Origin: Adineta vaga | Lineage: Eukaryota; Animalia; Rotifera | Direction: 5' to 3' | Length of the DNA stretch: 64,000 nucleotides | NCBI GenBank assembly: GCA_021613535.1 | Contig: CP075497.1 | Coordinates: forward strand, 7,006,001 to 7,070,000 | In this document: positions 1 to 13,049 of the stretch, piece after piece | How positions within the stretch are numbered: position 1 is the first letter of the stretch | How the letters are laid out: every line of letters begins with the position of its first letter | Position numbers and translations under genes: made by a program | The notes under the pieces: generated by a model | Told to the model about the DNA's origin: nothing | What the model saw: only the letters and a program-made list of their open reading frames with translations | Databases searched by the model: none

Positions 1-2058
1 TACACACGAATGCCAAGCATATATATTCGCATGCATAAATGAAGCCATATACGGGACCTTTCTTGTAATGGTCAAATGAACTAAGAACGATCAGCACGGA
101 TAGAGTTCAACGACGTAAACAGAACATGCAACGATGCGAATTCTTTTTCTTTGTTCTCTCATTTCATCAACTTAAAGACGAAGTAGAAGGAGAAAAAAGA
201 AAGCACTTATCCTAATTTAAAAAATTCCTCTTGAAATTAAAATCAATCGAAATTTTTCATACTTCAAATTTTTTTATATTTAATCAACACACTGATCGAT
301 GTCTTATTCATAGAAGAGAAGAAAACAAAAATTGAACAGTCCACTTTCGAATATTCTTAACATTCCTTTTGGGACAATAACAAATAATGACGTAATAGAT
401 TTACTTTAAAAATTTGCATCAATATGTAACTATACACACATATTACACTCGAATTACTGCGCTTCATTGCGACTATTTCTAGTAGCTATAGTATCGTCTC
501 TCTCTCCCTGTCTCTGTCTCTGATATATGTTTTTACACCGACGGTGCCGCCATTCGTACGAGTGTTTATGTCTTTCGCAGAGAACAATCACACTTCACTA
601 AACACTCGCTGTTATTTACTCAGCATGTGCTTCGTTTTCTTACGTGACATTCAGGCAGATAAGGATCGATAACTTATCGGACTTTGAATATAAATATCGA
701 GGTATATTCAATCGATTGAATAAAACAACAAAAGAAACCTTTATTTACCTGTCGATCAACTCCTCTTCGATTTTAAGTAATCAAGTGGAGTAGAATTGAC
801 GATAAGAAGTGATCGTCGATATTAAGAAGAAATTAAATTTAATTTGAGAAGCAGTCAAATTGAATTATTGTTCTCAGTTGATGACTGCTTCTCGTTATTA
901 AAAATCAAGGAATAATACAAGAAGAAGAAGAAGAAGAAGAAATAACGAAGTGAAGACGCAAAAAAAGAAAACTTATACATCTTACATTTTTACTTTGTAC
1001 AATCGGCACCACTTCGCCTCCGCACCTTCTCTATTCTTGCTGCCAGCATACGTCTTTCTTTGACAAACTGCACACCATCTTTATAAAATCAATATTATGT
1101 GCACAATTCATCACATACGTACACATTCATCAGTTGGATGCTCACTATAAACTAGTTAGGATTCACTTTCTCCCTCTCCCTCCCTCTTTCTTTCCCTGAT
1201 CGACATAATTTTTTTTCTTCTTACATATAAATCATACTAAAGTATTGCGGAATAAAATCTAGTTGAGTAATTCATATACGCGTGCATCTACTCGTGTATG
1301 CATGTGCGTGCGTGCATGTGTATATGTATTGTTATTTCATCTCGAGTCAATATTGAACCTGGCTTATCGTTGCTCAACAGATGATACTACTCCAGTGTCG
1401 TTCTTTTTCATTTTTCTCCTTCTCTGTCAAATTATCAAAAGATTACTTGAACTTCGTTGTGATGGCGATCATAGTCTTCTCTGTTCTTTTTTGTTCTGCT
1501 TACCGCTTATGTCATTATAACAAGGGGCTCAATAATCGTCGGACTAGAATAGTAATAAGCAAATGACTTTATATATATTACAAATTGTACTTCTGTACAA
1601 GCAGTTACATGATTTCTCTCCTTTTTTTTCTTTCACAAGTTTTTTTTCTTCTTATATGATCAAACGAGCTCAAATGTATACTACGTTCGAAGGTCAATTT
1701 TGTAGTTCTTCATTCGATAATTTGTGCCATATACATATTCATAGATGTGTGATCTGCATTTCGAGACAATGATAATCTTGTCGTTCTTTACATTTGACGA
1801 AACAATATCAATTTATCGTCACCGCACACCAAGCAAAAATAAACGAATATGGACACATACAGAGATATTCAATTTCAGAGAAAGCCGAAAAATCATTACG
1901 TCCTGTATGTATGACATAACTACATAACGAGCACTCATAAGTAGAAAAGAAGAAAAAAGAAGGTACTACGCCCATCAACTTCCACTTGAAAATAACAGTG
2001 AGACAATGAAGAGCACGTATATACATATATACATATACAACTTTTGAATACCACTTAC

Positions 2059-2265
2059 CTCATTTACGACGGCTGGTTGTAACACCGTTTTCGTGTGAGG
2101 ATAAGAACGACGATGTTGTCGAGAACTATATAAGGAGATTGGTGGCGATGGTGGTTTAAAAGAGGATAATGTACGAAGAATGGCATTGGCATACGTATCA
2201 GCTATTGGTAACGAACAGTCCATATAAGAAGTTGTTGTTTCTTCATTGCTGGACAAATGTGACAT
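2059..2265 (-). CDS. Probable first coding exon of an unknown gene continuing toward or beyond the left window edge
   Basis: ATG at 2265, 69 codons of Ser/Pro-rich sequence (MSHLSSNEETTT...PAVVNE), then a consensus donor GAG|GTAAGT at 2058. I could not assign a downstream exon. Confidence 0.4.
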
Positions 2266-4069
2266 AGTATTTTATTCCTTAGTGTGAAAATTATCGATTA
2301 GAGATATCTTAAAGATTCAATCAAATTGTAACTTTCATATATAAATGATTTCTTCGTCTTTTTACTTCAAACAAGAAATAGAAGAAAAGAAAACCTTGAA
2401 TATAATAACAGATATGCATACTAAATATAGCATTGAAAAAATGCATAGTAAAATATTTGAAAATTCAATGATATATCAATGAAGAATTGTCTCGATAGAT
2501 ATGAATCGAATCATCATCATCATCATCAAAGAATAAGTATTTAGTGATCGATTGTCATGAATATGATCAATGAACTTACTTGACATTTCATTTTTCGAAC
2601 GCATAACTTGTCAAATCATGATATTAAACAATTATATTCATTGAAATCTTTAACAATGACTTAGTTTAATGAATCTTTTTTCCATCTCTGTATACGTATG
2701 TCTGTCTGTTTGTTTCGTTCTTGATTACTTCGAAGAAAACGAAAAGAATGGAACCATCCCTACGAGTCAAAAGAAGCCATATGTAGTCATACTACGTGTC
2801 ATTTGCCCTGTGAGACAGTCGACGAGACGAAAAAAAAAATAAAGAATATGACTAAAATATACATACATACAATCTATTGAACAACTATGACATACAATTA
2901 ACCTCCTTGACGAGCATACAGTTCACTAGTCGACGTTAAATATAAATATATATATATAATATATATACATACATACATGCATACACTTGTCCCTCCCAGA
3001 TATGCATGACCCTTTGCAGATATATCCACACCTATGAATGTATGTATATACATACTAAAGATGTCTAACAGTAGTAAATTTTGTCTTTTGTACGTTGATT
3101 TTTTTATGAATATGAATAAATATGTCTAGGGTGACTGTACTGTAAGAGAAGATCTTTACATACTTACGAATAGATATACGTCTGACTGATCGTTGACTGT
3201 TCAACATATATTTCAACTATCTAATGAAAAAGAACATACGCATTCACGCGCACCATGTCGTGTGACGATGGTTAAATAGTGATAAGACTAAAAGTTGATT
3301 AAGCAAGTGCATGTTTATGTAGTGAAAGCTCGATAATTATCAACCTGTCAGTAGAGTCTCTCATTTCTCTTCAATCTTCAAACTAGTGACATTGTCATTA
3401 ATGGTCAGATAGTGTTAGTTAATGACAAAAAGTCAATTGAACGTGCCAGAGACACTACGAATTGCATGACAAATCAGATTACATTTTTTGTACGTGTGAA
3501 ATGAAGAAAGAAAGAAAAAACGAAATTCATATTTATAACTGAATTTAATTTCAATATGAATATTAAATCCTTGTTCTGTTCGAAGAATTTCAATCGTAAC
3601 AGCAGGTAACTACAACCAATTAATAACTATTTGATTGATAAATAACAGTCATTCTATGCTTTAATATCTCTTGCTGTGTTATCAAGGATTTTATTTTAAA
3701 GAGGATGAAGGGGAAAAAAAAAGAAAGAATCTTTCGTATAATTAGGTGAATTTAGAATAGAAATATGTTTGAATATATTTTCTTCTTGAATAAATGTAAA
3801 AAGAATGAATAATTGTATCTTAACCATTTGAAAAAGAAATGTGCTATCATTTGTATATGTTTAGTATAGTTCACAGAATGACATGCTGTTAGCATGACAA
3901 ATCGAAAAAACACACACACATACACACATCGACATGTATATTCTTGCTAGTCATTATGATGTGCAACTATTATCTTATCTTATCTTTATCAAATGTATAT
4001 ATATATATATAAATCAACATATGAATAAGCAAAAAAAAAGTATTTGCGTATTTTGTATCAAAGATATCA

Positions 4070-4911
4070 ATGCGGATCATCAGTGTTTTGCTTTTATGCG
4101 CTGTGACTTTTGTATCAAGTCAAGTACCTATTCCATCACGTCCAGATGGATGGGGTGTTGGAGGTCCAGCTGATGCACATGCTGTGATCGAAATGTTTCT
4201 AGATCCATTATGTCCAGATTGTAAAGCTTCATGGCCAACTGTTTTACAAGTTATTCAAGCTTATGGAACACGAATTCATTTTCGTATTCATACATTTCCA
4301 TTACCATATCATACCAATTCATTTGTTGCATCACAAGGCCTTCATGTTATTGCTAATGCTACGAATCGAAATTTAGATTCGATCTTTCAATATGTAACAC
4401 AGGTATTTCAAAATCAACAAACTTGGTATAACGATGCAACTAAATCAATGACGATGCCAGAAGTTGTTGATTCATTGGCAGCATTCGTTGCTAAAATTGG
4501 TCTTGTCACAAAGGAGAAATTTTTAGCCGGAATGGTCAGTGACGATCTCAATGATGAAACACGTATTTCATGGAAATATGCTTGCTCAAGAGGTAATTTA
4601 TAGGCAAATGATTTTTTTTTAATGATCTTTTTATAATACTTTTAGGATTTGTCGGTACACCTACATTTCTTATTAATGGTGTCGTAACGAGTGCTGATGA
4701 CTCTTGGTCATTAGCTGATTGGAAATCTGTCATCGATCCTATCCTAGCATCTAATGAAGCAGTTTCTTCACCAATCAAAGATTGCCCATCAGGTCAACAA
4801 GAATGTCAATATGCTCCACATAAAACTCAATGTTGTTTATCTGGCGAACGTTGTATTCCAAATGTTGGCTGTCGATGTTTTAATTTGAAAAATGGCAACA
4901 AATGCTTTTGA
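4070..4911 (+). CDS. Secreted thioredoxin-fold (DsbA-like) protein with CPDC active site and C-terminal Cys-rich module; 2 exons (4070-4592, 4646-4911)
   Basis: Signal peptide MRIISVLLLCAVTFVSS. Motifs FLDPLCPDC and FPLPYH. Splicing the 53-nt GT-AG intron 4593-4645 gives SRGFVGTPTFLING (cis-Pro motif) and an 8-Cys tail ending at TGA 4909-4911. AATAAA at 4956. Confidence 0.85.
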
Positions 4912-5095
4912 ATGAATTGAAAATGAAAGTGTCATATTTCTCTTTTCTTTTATTCAATAAATTGTGCAATATGATATAGAACTGCTTTAACGAAAGCTGA
5001 AAAATAATTGAATACGTGTACGACATAATTTTATTAATTTTAAAATCTTGAATACAATATAAATCTGTTAGATTTTTGTTTTTTATAACTGTAAG

Positions 5096-6412
5096 TTACA
5101 ATATTTCAGTTAAATTTTCATTATCTGTTTTAGCACATTCGATCAGAGTCATTTTCACATATTTTGAAAAGTGTGTTACTGTTTCGATGTTTTCTATACG
5201 AAATGCAGAAAATGGCATGATCATCACTTCTTTTTCTTCAGGAAATGTAGACAAACGCTCGATGTTCAGAGCAGTTCGATCGTTGACAATAATATATTTG
5301 CATAATACAGATATTCAAGCATCATCATATAATGAATTTGCTTTGACCGATGAATATAATTGGGCAACAGCTTTGTCTCTGGATGCCGATAAGAATGTTG
5401 AATTCATTATTTGAGCTCCCACCACATATTTATATAATTCACTTTCTTCTTCAAAACCCATACCACGATAGACGACTCCTTTAAATTCATAATCATTGAA
5501 TTCAGGACGAGAATATAACATAGTAATAAAATCTACCACACACTTGACCAAGCGATAGTCAACATTTTCTTGAAGAGTCTCATCAAAATAATGCAGTCCA
5601 TAAGTAGCTAAATGTTCATTTAATACGCGACTGAAACTCGTTGAACTGGTGTAAATACGAATTAAGTATCGAGCGTCATTATCTTCTACCGCTTGTGATA
5701 ATGAATTTCTCAAATCTTGTTTTATATTTCCAAATAAGCCTTTATCATAATTTTGCAATATATTGTAAATACCTTTATTAGAACGAGTGTGCCACGGATT
5801 GTTCAGTTTATCACGAAATTGAATTGATTTCAAGGCGGAATTGCTGAAAACAATAGTCCACTCCTTGATATAGCCAATGAACCGTTCAGATTTCATTGCC
5901 ATTTCCTGAACGATGGATTGATTAAGTTGATCAGAAGAGAAAATTGATCCATCTGATATTTTTTGAATTGTTTGAAGTGTAACACGAAATGATTCTTCAA
6001 AGTCACTGCCAGAAAAATCAATCGGTGACGGTACAGACTTTCGTACAATATTCAACCAATTCAATGAAACCGTGAAATCTGATTGACTTAATATAAAAAG
6101 AATTGGTATTTGATTCTTGAATACATATCGTATTTCTTTACGGAAACGCGAATCAGCTTCATCTCGATCGTTTAGGATACCAATAGCACATGTACTGGTT
6201 TTATCAATTCGACGTTTTGTTGCAGTAATCGATTCGTGTGATGATATAATTGTATATCCTTCGGATGAAAATTTTGTTACAGGTTTCCATATCAATGGTC
6301 TGTTATTGGAATGACATAAGTAAATATCGTATCGATCAATATCTGGTACTGGTAATCCATTCGTATACAAATCGTGTGCACTTGATCTTGGAATGCTGCC
6401 GTTATACGCTCT
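5096..6412 (-). CDS. TIR-like domain fused to an R-S-E type ADP-ribosyltransferase, interrupted by one in-frame TGA at 5315-5317 (possible pseudogene or null allele); 5' end unresolved
   Basis: The N-terminal part has a TIR_2-like pattern (YDIYLCHS...SRFRKEIRYV...IPILFI...WL...IDFS.SDFEESF). ART motifs are VYRG (about 5463-5473) and STFLSAS. Past the TGA the same frame continues ISVLCKYII...TALNIERLSTFPEEKEVMIMPFSAF to TAA at 5096-5098. The frame opens after a TAG (possible acceptor) at 6413-6415 with no ATG, so an upstream exon is likely. Confidence 0.75.
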
Positions 6413-9322
6413 CTAGATAAGAGATTAAATAGTCCTCATAATAAACACCAAGAAGTGATGACATTTGATATTTGTGACTCAACAAATGAAGTTGTTCTCA
6501 TTAATTTGATAATATCTATGTTGCAACAATGCATAAAAAAAACTAGCCTATTTAAGCTCGCGACAATCGAATAACGAATATAACAATGTGCATATATTTT
6601 CGCTCTATCGCTGAATGAAGATTTTTCATAGTACACACAAACAAACTTTGATATTTGGATTACTGTATTTTATCGTTTAATAATGGAACACATCGGAGTG
6701 AACGAATATCTTTCTATCTCATGGTAGTTCTGTTTAAATCATAAAAGGTGGTGAAAGCACGAATGGTTCAAATTAAGATGGAATATATTTATTAGAACCG
6801 TAATTACAGAAAGACTCTAAGATTCTACAATGGTAACTAAACTATTCAGAATTATAGCGTCTTTTTGCTGAAAAACCTTGCGATGTTTCCTCAATTAGAA
6901 GCACGCCTTGTATTCAGGAGCGGCTTACTACCATGGTGTTATGAAAAATTTAATGAGTTAGTTCAAACTTTATTCCTTTGGAGTTTTTGACGAGTAAAGT
7001 AGAATTATCCACAATGAAAAAAGCAACACCGGTATCTACTCACTTCAAAGAAAAGAAGATCAAAGAGTTTCAATAGCTTCAGTCTCCTTACCAAAAGTTT
7101 TGTATCGTTCTAAATAAAAGAAATATGAGATAATACTTCTAAAATTTCTCGCCTATATGAAAAACTCTAGAACTAAAACATTACAAATAAGTAAAACTAG
7201 GTATTACAAAGTATCTTCTACTGAATGTGAGAAATATACAATTTACAAATTGTTTGAGAATTTCTGAGTTATTCTTGATGGTACAAAATATCTAATTGAT
7301 GTGGTTTTCTCAACAAAACACAAAGAGTCCAACGATACAGCAAGAGATCTAATTATTCTATATGCAAGTTTTCAGGACAAAGAAAAAAGATACAGCTGTT
7401 TTCTGTAAAAAGACTCGCATATCTAGAAATGAGATTTCGGTGCATTGGTAATTTCACCAGCTTGACAGAATCACGATGTTTTGAAGAGGACCCATCCATT
7501 GATGTAGACGATGACTGGTAATATAATTTTGAGTTTAATAAAATACCTAGTTAAATGAAAACATAATTAAAGAATTACATATTCGCTGTATCTCCGCGAT
7601 AGTGAGAACCTTGTTTTTCAAATAGGTAAAAAACAAGGAAAACTGTGAATTAAATAAAAGTAAAAGAGGAAATATTCATTTATGTTCCACTTTTTTATTA
7701 AAGCAAAATATCCACATACTAATTTATACGGTTTTTATTTCATAAAAAAACTATAGATAGATGAGTATTTCTTACATTTATTCATATTCATCATGTTAGA
7801 TAATGTTAATATCAAGAAAATATACTCTTTCGCTATCTTAATGCTAACGTCGAAATCGAAAGAAACAAAAATTAACTTAATGTCTTCCAGTTGTACTCAT
7901 TTTCAATGAAACTGTTTTAACGAGAAATATGCAGACGTGTAGGTGTCTGTTCTTATCTGAGTTTCGTAATGTATATGTAATTGGTTTCAAAGTGATGATT
8001 TAAGTGAACATAAAATTAACTCTACCTTTTCTATTGAACGGATTAGAACAAGCTAATATTGGTACTATATGAAATGTTTTCAAACAATTTAGTGTGATTC
8101 ACATTAGTTGGAAAAAAAGCATATAAAAAAGAATATTAAATACTTTTTCAAAATACATATAGTGGTTCGTACCTTTCGTGTCTATTTTGTAATCATTGTA
8201 ACTCGTAAATCACGTGCTGGGAGAACTGATAATACATTGTCTCTTAGTGCGTATTGACTATTGAAACTCAATAATCGTTTGTTTATCAGTGATAATAATT
8301 CATTGAAATATATGTCAAGTCAATCGAGATACTATCGTTTTTCAGAGATATATCATCGAGATCGAACAGTGATATTGTTTGTAGTGAGAGTTACTACTTT
8401 TATAAAAAATGGAAATATAGTATAGGTTTTTTTAACGTTTGATTAAACTGAAATGCCTTTTATATACATTGTATATATCTATATTAGTATTGTACATTTT
8501 ATTGATACTTCTATATGACTATAAAGTTTGATGACTCTTTATCAAATACTTTTCTCATACTCAATGTGGAATTTTATACACTAAAGAATATTTACCATTC
8601 CAACCATGAAAATAAATGTAAATTCATAATTTCATCACAAATATATTACATCACTAGATTGATTTTTGCTACATTAGAACAGTGTAGTTAATAAATTATA
8701 TTAAAGATAGTTTTTTCTCTGAAATATCTATCTTCAAATAACACTTGAAGACTAAATTCATAAATTGAAATATATCTCATTTAACGTATATTTTCAAAGA
8801 AAATATTTCGAACATTTTCTTTTGTAAATGAAGAATTGACTCATATTTAATAATTCGACACTGGAAGCTCATTCTCAAAGAAGTTATATTTCCTTAATAA
8901 ATGACAAACTAGTTTTTCTCTCGTCATTATTTTCCTGTAGTTTTGCACATCCCCTTCTAATGCTAATTGAAGTATATTATCATTCATTGAAATTCTTTTC
9001 AAGCACATGCTGTTTATGTCATAACTGATATGAAGAAGTGGAATATGACGAAAGCAACACTTAAGAAAATTTATCATATACAACATGTATCATTTTGACA
9101 GAAGAACATCTATTCACAATTGAATCATCAAGGAAAGTTTTCTCTCCCATGTATATACCTAGCATGCTTCGAAAGTCGATTATTAATAGAGAGGAAGAAA
9201 ATAATACAAAAAAGAGCTTACATTTCATAGAGAAAAACTAATTGAGTAGATTCAAATCCAAATATATATATATATATATATATTTCTTTTCATTTGTTAT
9301 TCCGTTTATAATACAATATAAC

Positions 9323-11918
9323 ATGGATGCTGATGAATTTCGTCAACGAGGAAAAGAAATGGTTGATTTTATTGCTGATTATTTAACAAATATTCGATCA
9401 CGACGTGTATTTCCAAATGTCAAACCAGGTTATATGCGAGTTATGATTGATGATGAAGCACCAAGAAATGGTGAACAATGGGAAGATATTTTCAAGGATA
9501 TCGAACGTGTCATTATGCCCGGTGTATGTAATCTTCAAATGAATACTCTTCCATAATCATTCATTTCCTCTAGATTACTCATTGGCAGTCTCCGTATATG
9601 CATGCGTACTTTCCAGCATTGAATTCGTATCCATCATTACTTGGAGTATGTAATTGATGTTTTCTACAAACGTGAAAGATTTAATTTATTTTTTGTGTAG
9701 GATATGTTAGCAAATGGTTTAAATCAAATAGGATTTACATGGGTTTGTATTCATATACTTTTCTCTGCTAATTATGAGAGTTCTAATAAGATTAAGTATA
9801 ATGCGAAGGTATAATTTATTAGAGAATCTCTTCCGATCCTTTTGAACTCATATCGACTTTTCAATTATTCGATCATTTGGATATTGTTATTTTTAAAATA
9901 ACATCCGCTCACCTACTATTTGTATCGTAAACATGTTAGACAGTAATCTATTGAAAATGTCGAATAATATTTTATGTAAATAGGCATCAAGTCCAGCATG
10001 TACCGAATTAGAAACCGTAGTTATGGATTGGTTAGCCAAAATGATTGGTTTACCGAATGACTTTCTTCATTCACAAGAAGATACAAGCGGTGGAGGTGTT
10101 ATTCAAGTAAGACTTTGTAAGAATTCTATATCGTTATTGAACAAGATATCTATATAGACAACGGCTTCTGAAGCTACACTTGTCGCATTACTAGCTGCTC
10201 GAAAAGAAGTTATTCGTCGCGTACAAGCACAGTTTCCGTATTTGAGTCCAGCAGAAATTAATGGACGTCTCGTAGCTTATTGTTCAGATCAAGCACATTC
10301 ATCGGTTGAAAAAGCATGTCTCATTGGTTTGGTTAAATTAAATCTAGTACCAAGTGATGAGAACTTACGTTTACGTGGAAATGCATTACGACAAGCGATT
10401 GCTACAGATAAAGAAAATGGTCTTATACCATTTTACGTATGTAAAAACTGTTAATGGAATTTTTTCTAATTAACATATTTTAGCTTTGTGCAACATTAGG
10501 AACAACGGGTGCGTGTGCATTCGATAATCTGATAGAATTAGGTGCGATATGTAAGTTTTATTTGTTCAAAGAGAGATTTTTTTTGGTTAAAACAAGAAAA
10601 TTTAATTAGGTGAACGAGAACAAATTTGGATTCACGTCGATGCAGCATATGCTGGAAGTGCATTTATTTGCCCGGAATTTCGACATTTTATGAATGGTGT
10701 AGAATTAACACAATCGTTTGCTTTCAATCCATCGAAATGGTTAATGGTTAGTTTTTATCTTAGATTTCTACTATAATTTTTTTAGAATTCATTTAGGTTC
10801 ATTTTGATTGTACAGCTATGTGGTATGAATAGGAATAATATCGAGAGAGATTGTTTTAGAGGATCTACTTCTAGGGTGAAATCAAGTTCAGCATTACATC
10901 GAGCATTTAATGTTGATCCATTATATTTGCAACACGAGAATGCAGGTGTAGCCATTGACTATATGGTATGGATTAGAGATTATTTATTTAATAGAGATGC
11001 ATTTGATAACTTTCTTTAGCATTGGCAAGTACCATTGAGTCGTCGATTTCGAGCATTGAAACTTTGGTTTGTTATTCGTTCGTTTGGTGTGAAAGGTCTT
11101 CAAAAACATATTCGAAACGTAAAATAATATTAAATCTTATTCATGTATTGTATTGAATTTATTTTATAGAGTGTTCAAATGGGCAAATTATTTGAATCAT
11201 TAGTTAAATCTGATGATCGTTTCGAAGTACCTGCTGAAAGACATCTTGGTCTTGTTACATTTCGATTAAAAGTACTGTTAACTCTCTCTTGTCAATTATT
11301 TTTTTCTCATAGAAATCTGTATCACAGGGTGAAAATGAATTAACAGAACAATTATTAAAAGATCTTAATACTGGTGGAGAAATTCATTGTGTTCCAGCAT
11401 CAATCAAAGGAAAATATATTATTCGTTTTACTGTAACAGCATCATCAACAAATGCTGATGATATTCACCGTGATTGGCATATTATTCAACAATCGGCTGG
11501 TAAAATCTTACGTCCGTTGGATAATCTTTCACCGCATGCACGACGTAATAAAATGAAACATCTCCATGATGATTTTCGTATGTCTCTTGTCTTATCCAAT
11601 ACTCCACATAGGCCATGTTTGATTAATGGAAGTTTTGCAGCTATTCTTCCTCTTAATACAAGACATATTTATGCTATGACGCATGAATTAAGCCAGAGAG
11701 CATTGAAGAACTCTCTGCTACCTATTTCAACACGACGACGGACAAAAAATTTTCCAACACATCCAACAATAAACAAACAAATGAGTATTGATGCATGTAT
11801 GATCAATAGTGACCAACAAAATAAATATTTAGTATCATCAACACCTTCATCATTACCTATCAGTCGACAAGGCAGTTTAGATTCACGTGTTGAAGAAATC
11901 TTAGAAAACAATTCATAA
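9323..11918 (+). CDS. HDC: Histidine decarboxylase (PLP-dependent group II decarboxylase), multi-exon
   Basis: Spliced exons give [94 protein letters not shown] (PLP lysine), [24 protein letters not shown] and C-terminal NGSFAAI. HWQSP.MHAY, NPSKW and HEN.G.A.D.MHWQ are HDC-type rather than DDC/TDC-type. Confidence 0.9.
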
Positions 11919-13049
11919 CTTTTCGCGAACAACTCATTTTGAACATTAATAAATAAATAGACGAGCAATATTGTATTTCATTTTGATGAGATAAAAAAAT
12001 AAATGAATAGGTTACCAAGATCTTCCTTCTTTTACGTTCTACGTCAGTGAAAATACAAATTAAAAATAGCGACTAAGAATCTCTTACGATGATGTATGGA
12101 AGAAAAAAGTTTTTCTTCTTGTCATAAATCTGCGGGAGTAAATTTTCTTCTTCTAATCTATGATAAAGAAAAAACGAGATGCTACATTAAAAACACGTCC
12201 TTTTGCGTTTCTATTCTTCTATATTTTTTCAGAAATGTTGTTTTTTTTCATTTATGACAGCTTCAGCTGCCAGTTCTGAACTAAGAAAACGATACAATAG
12301 GTTAAATTGAACTAATGAATAGTCCATTTCTCGAAGTAAGTTGAAATTATACTGAAATTAAATAATGTAAACAAATTCATTTCTATTTTCTTATTTATGT
12401 CAAGGTTTCTTTTGAAAGACTCGCAAAAATGATAATCTCTTTTTTCATCATGAAATAGTTCACACTTTCTGAACAGCTAGTTAAATAGATAGCTTTTTTT
12501 CCACTCATTATCATATTTTATATTAAAAAACATTTTCTATTCTTTCATTCTTTTTTTAATTGAAATTTAACTCCGGATAAAACTGACATAAACTCTTCGA
12601 TTCTAAGTGCAAATCTTTTTTTTTGACATGTCTAAAACTGTTTCTATCAAGTTCATGGATATTGGGACATCTATTAATGACGAAATGTCGATATCATTTA
12701 TCAAAGTTCGTAGCGCTCAACTAACCAATTTGTAAAAATATTATACACGATCTCGTCTGAAAAGAAGAAGAAAAAAAGAGAAAACCAATTGATCCGGAAA
12801 TTCATCTTTTGTCCGGATAATAATTATTTTGTGCTTTTAGTTCGCTAAGCTGACTTAGAATTTTCTTCTCGCAAGTTTTTCCTGCTAGTTGAGAAGCTGC
12901 TAGATAAGCAGAAAAATAATATTAATAAAAAGATTGTTTCTTACTGACAACTCCCTTATAATTCTTGACGTCAAACGATGAAGAGAAATGATGTTGTCAG
13001 TTGTTTTTATATTATTTTCTAGATGTTATAAGCATTCAAGCAATTTGTG

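Noticed and set aside
1263-2026. Cluster of short ORFs near the left end
   Set aside because: Low-complexity AT-rich or dinucleotide-repeat translations with no motifs; probably intronic.
4912-5095. SECIS element that would recode the ART in-frame TGA as selenocysteine
   Set aside because: The minus-strand 3' region is very AT-rich with no convincing AUGA/GA kink-turn hairpin, and the TGA is not at a Cys-homologous position.
5258-5347. A 90-nt intron that would splice out the ART TGA
   Set aside because: The splice signals are weak (GTCAAA donor, GAG acceptor with no pyrimidine tract), and it would delete the conserved ISVLCKY...TAL strand.
8847-9086. 79-aa minus-strand ORF upstream of HDC
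   Set aside because: No recognisable motif or splice partners.
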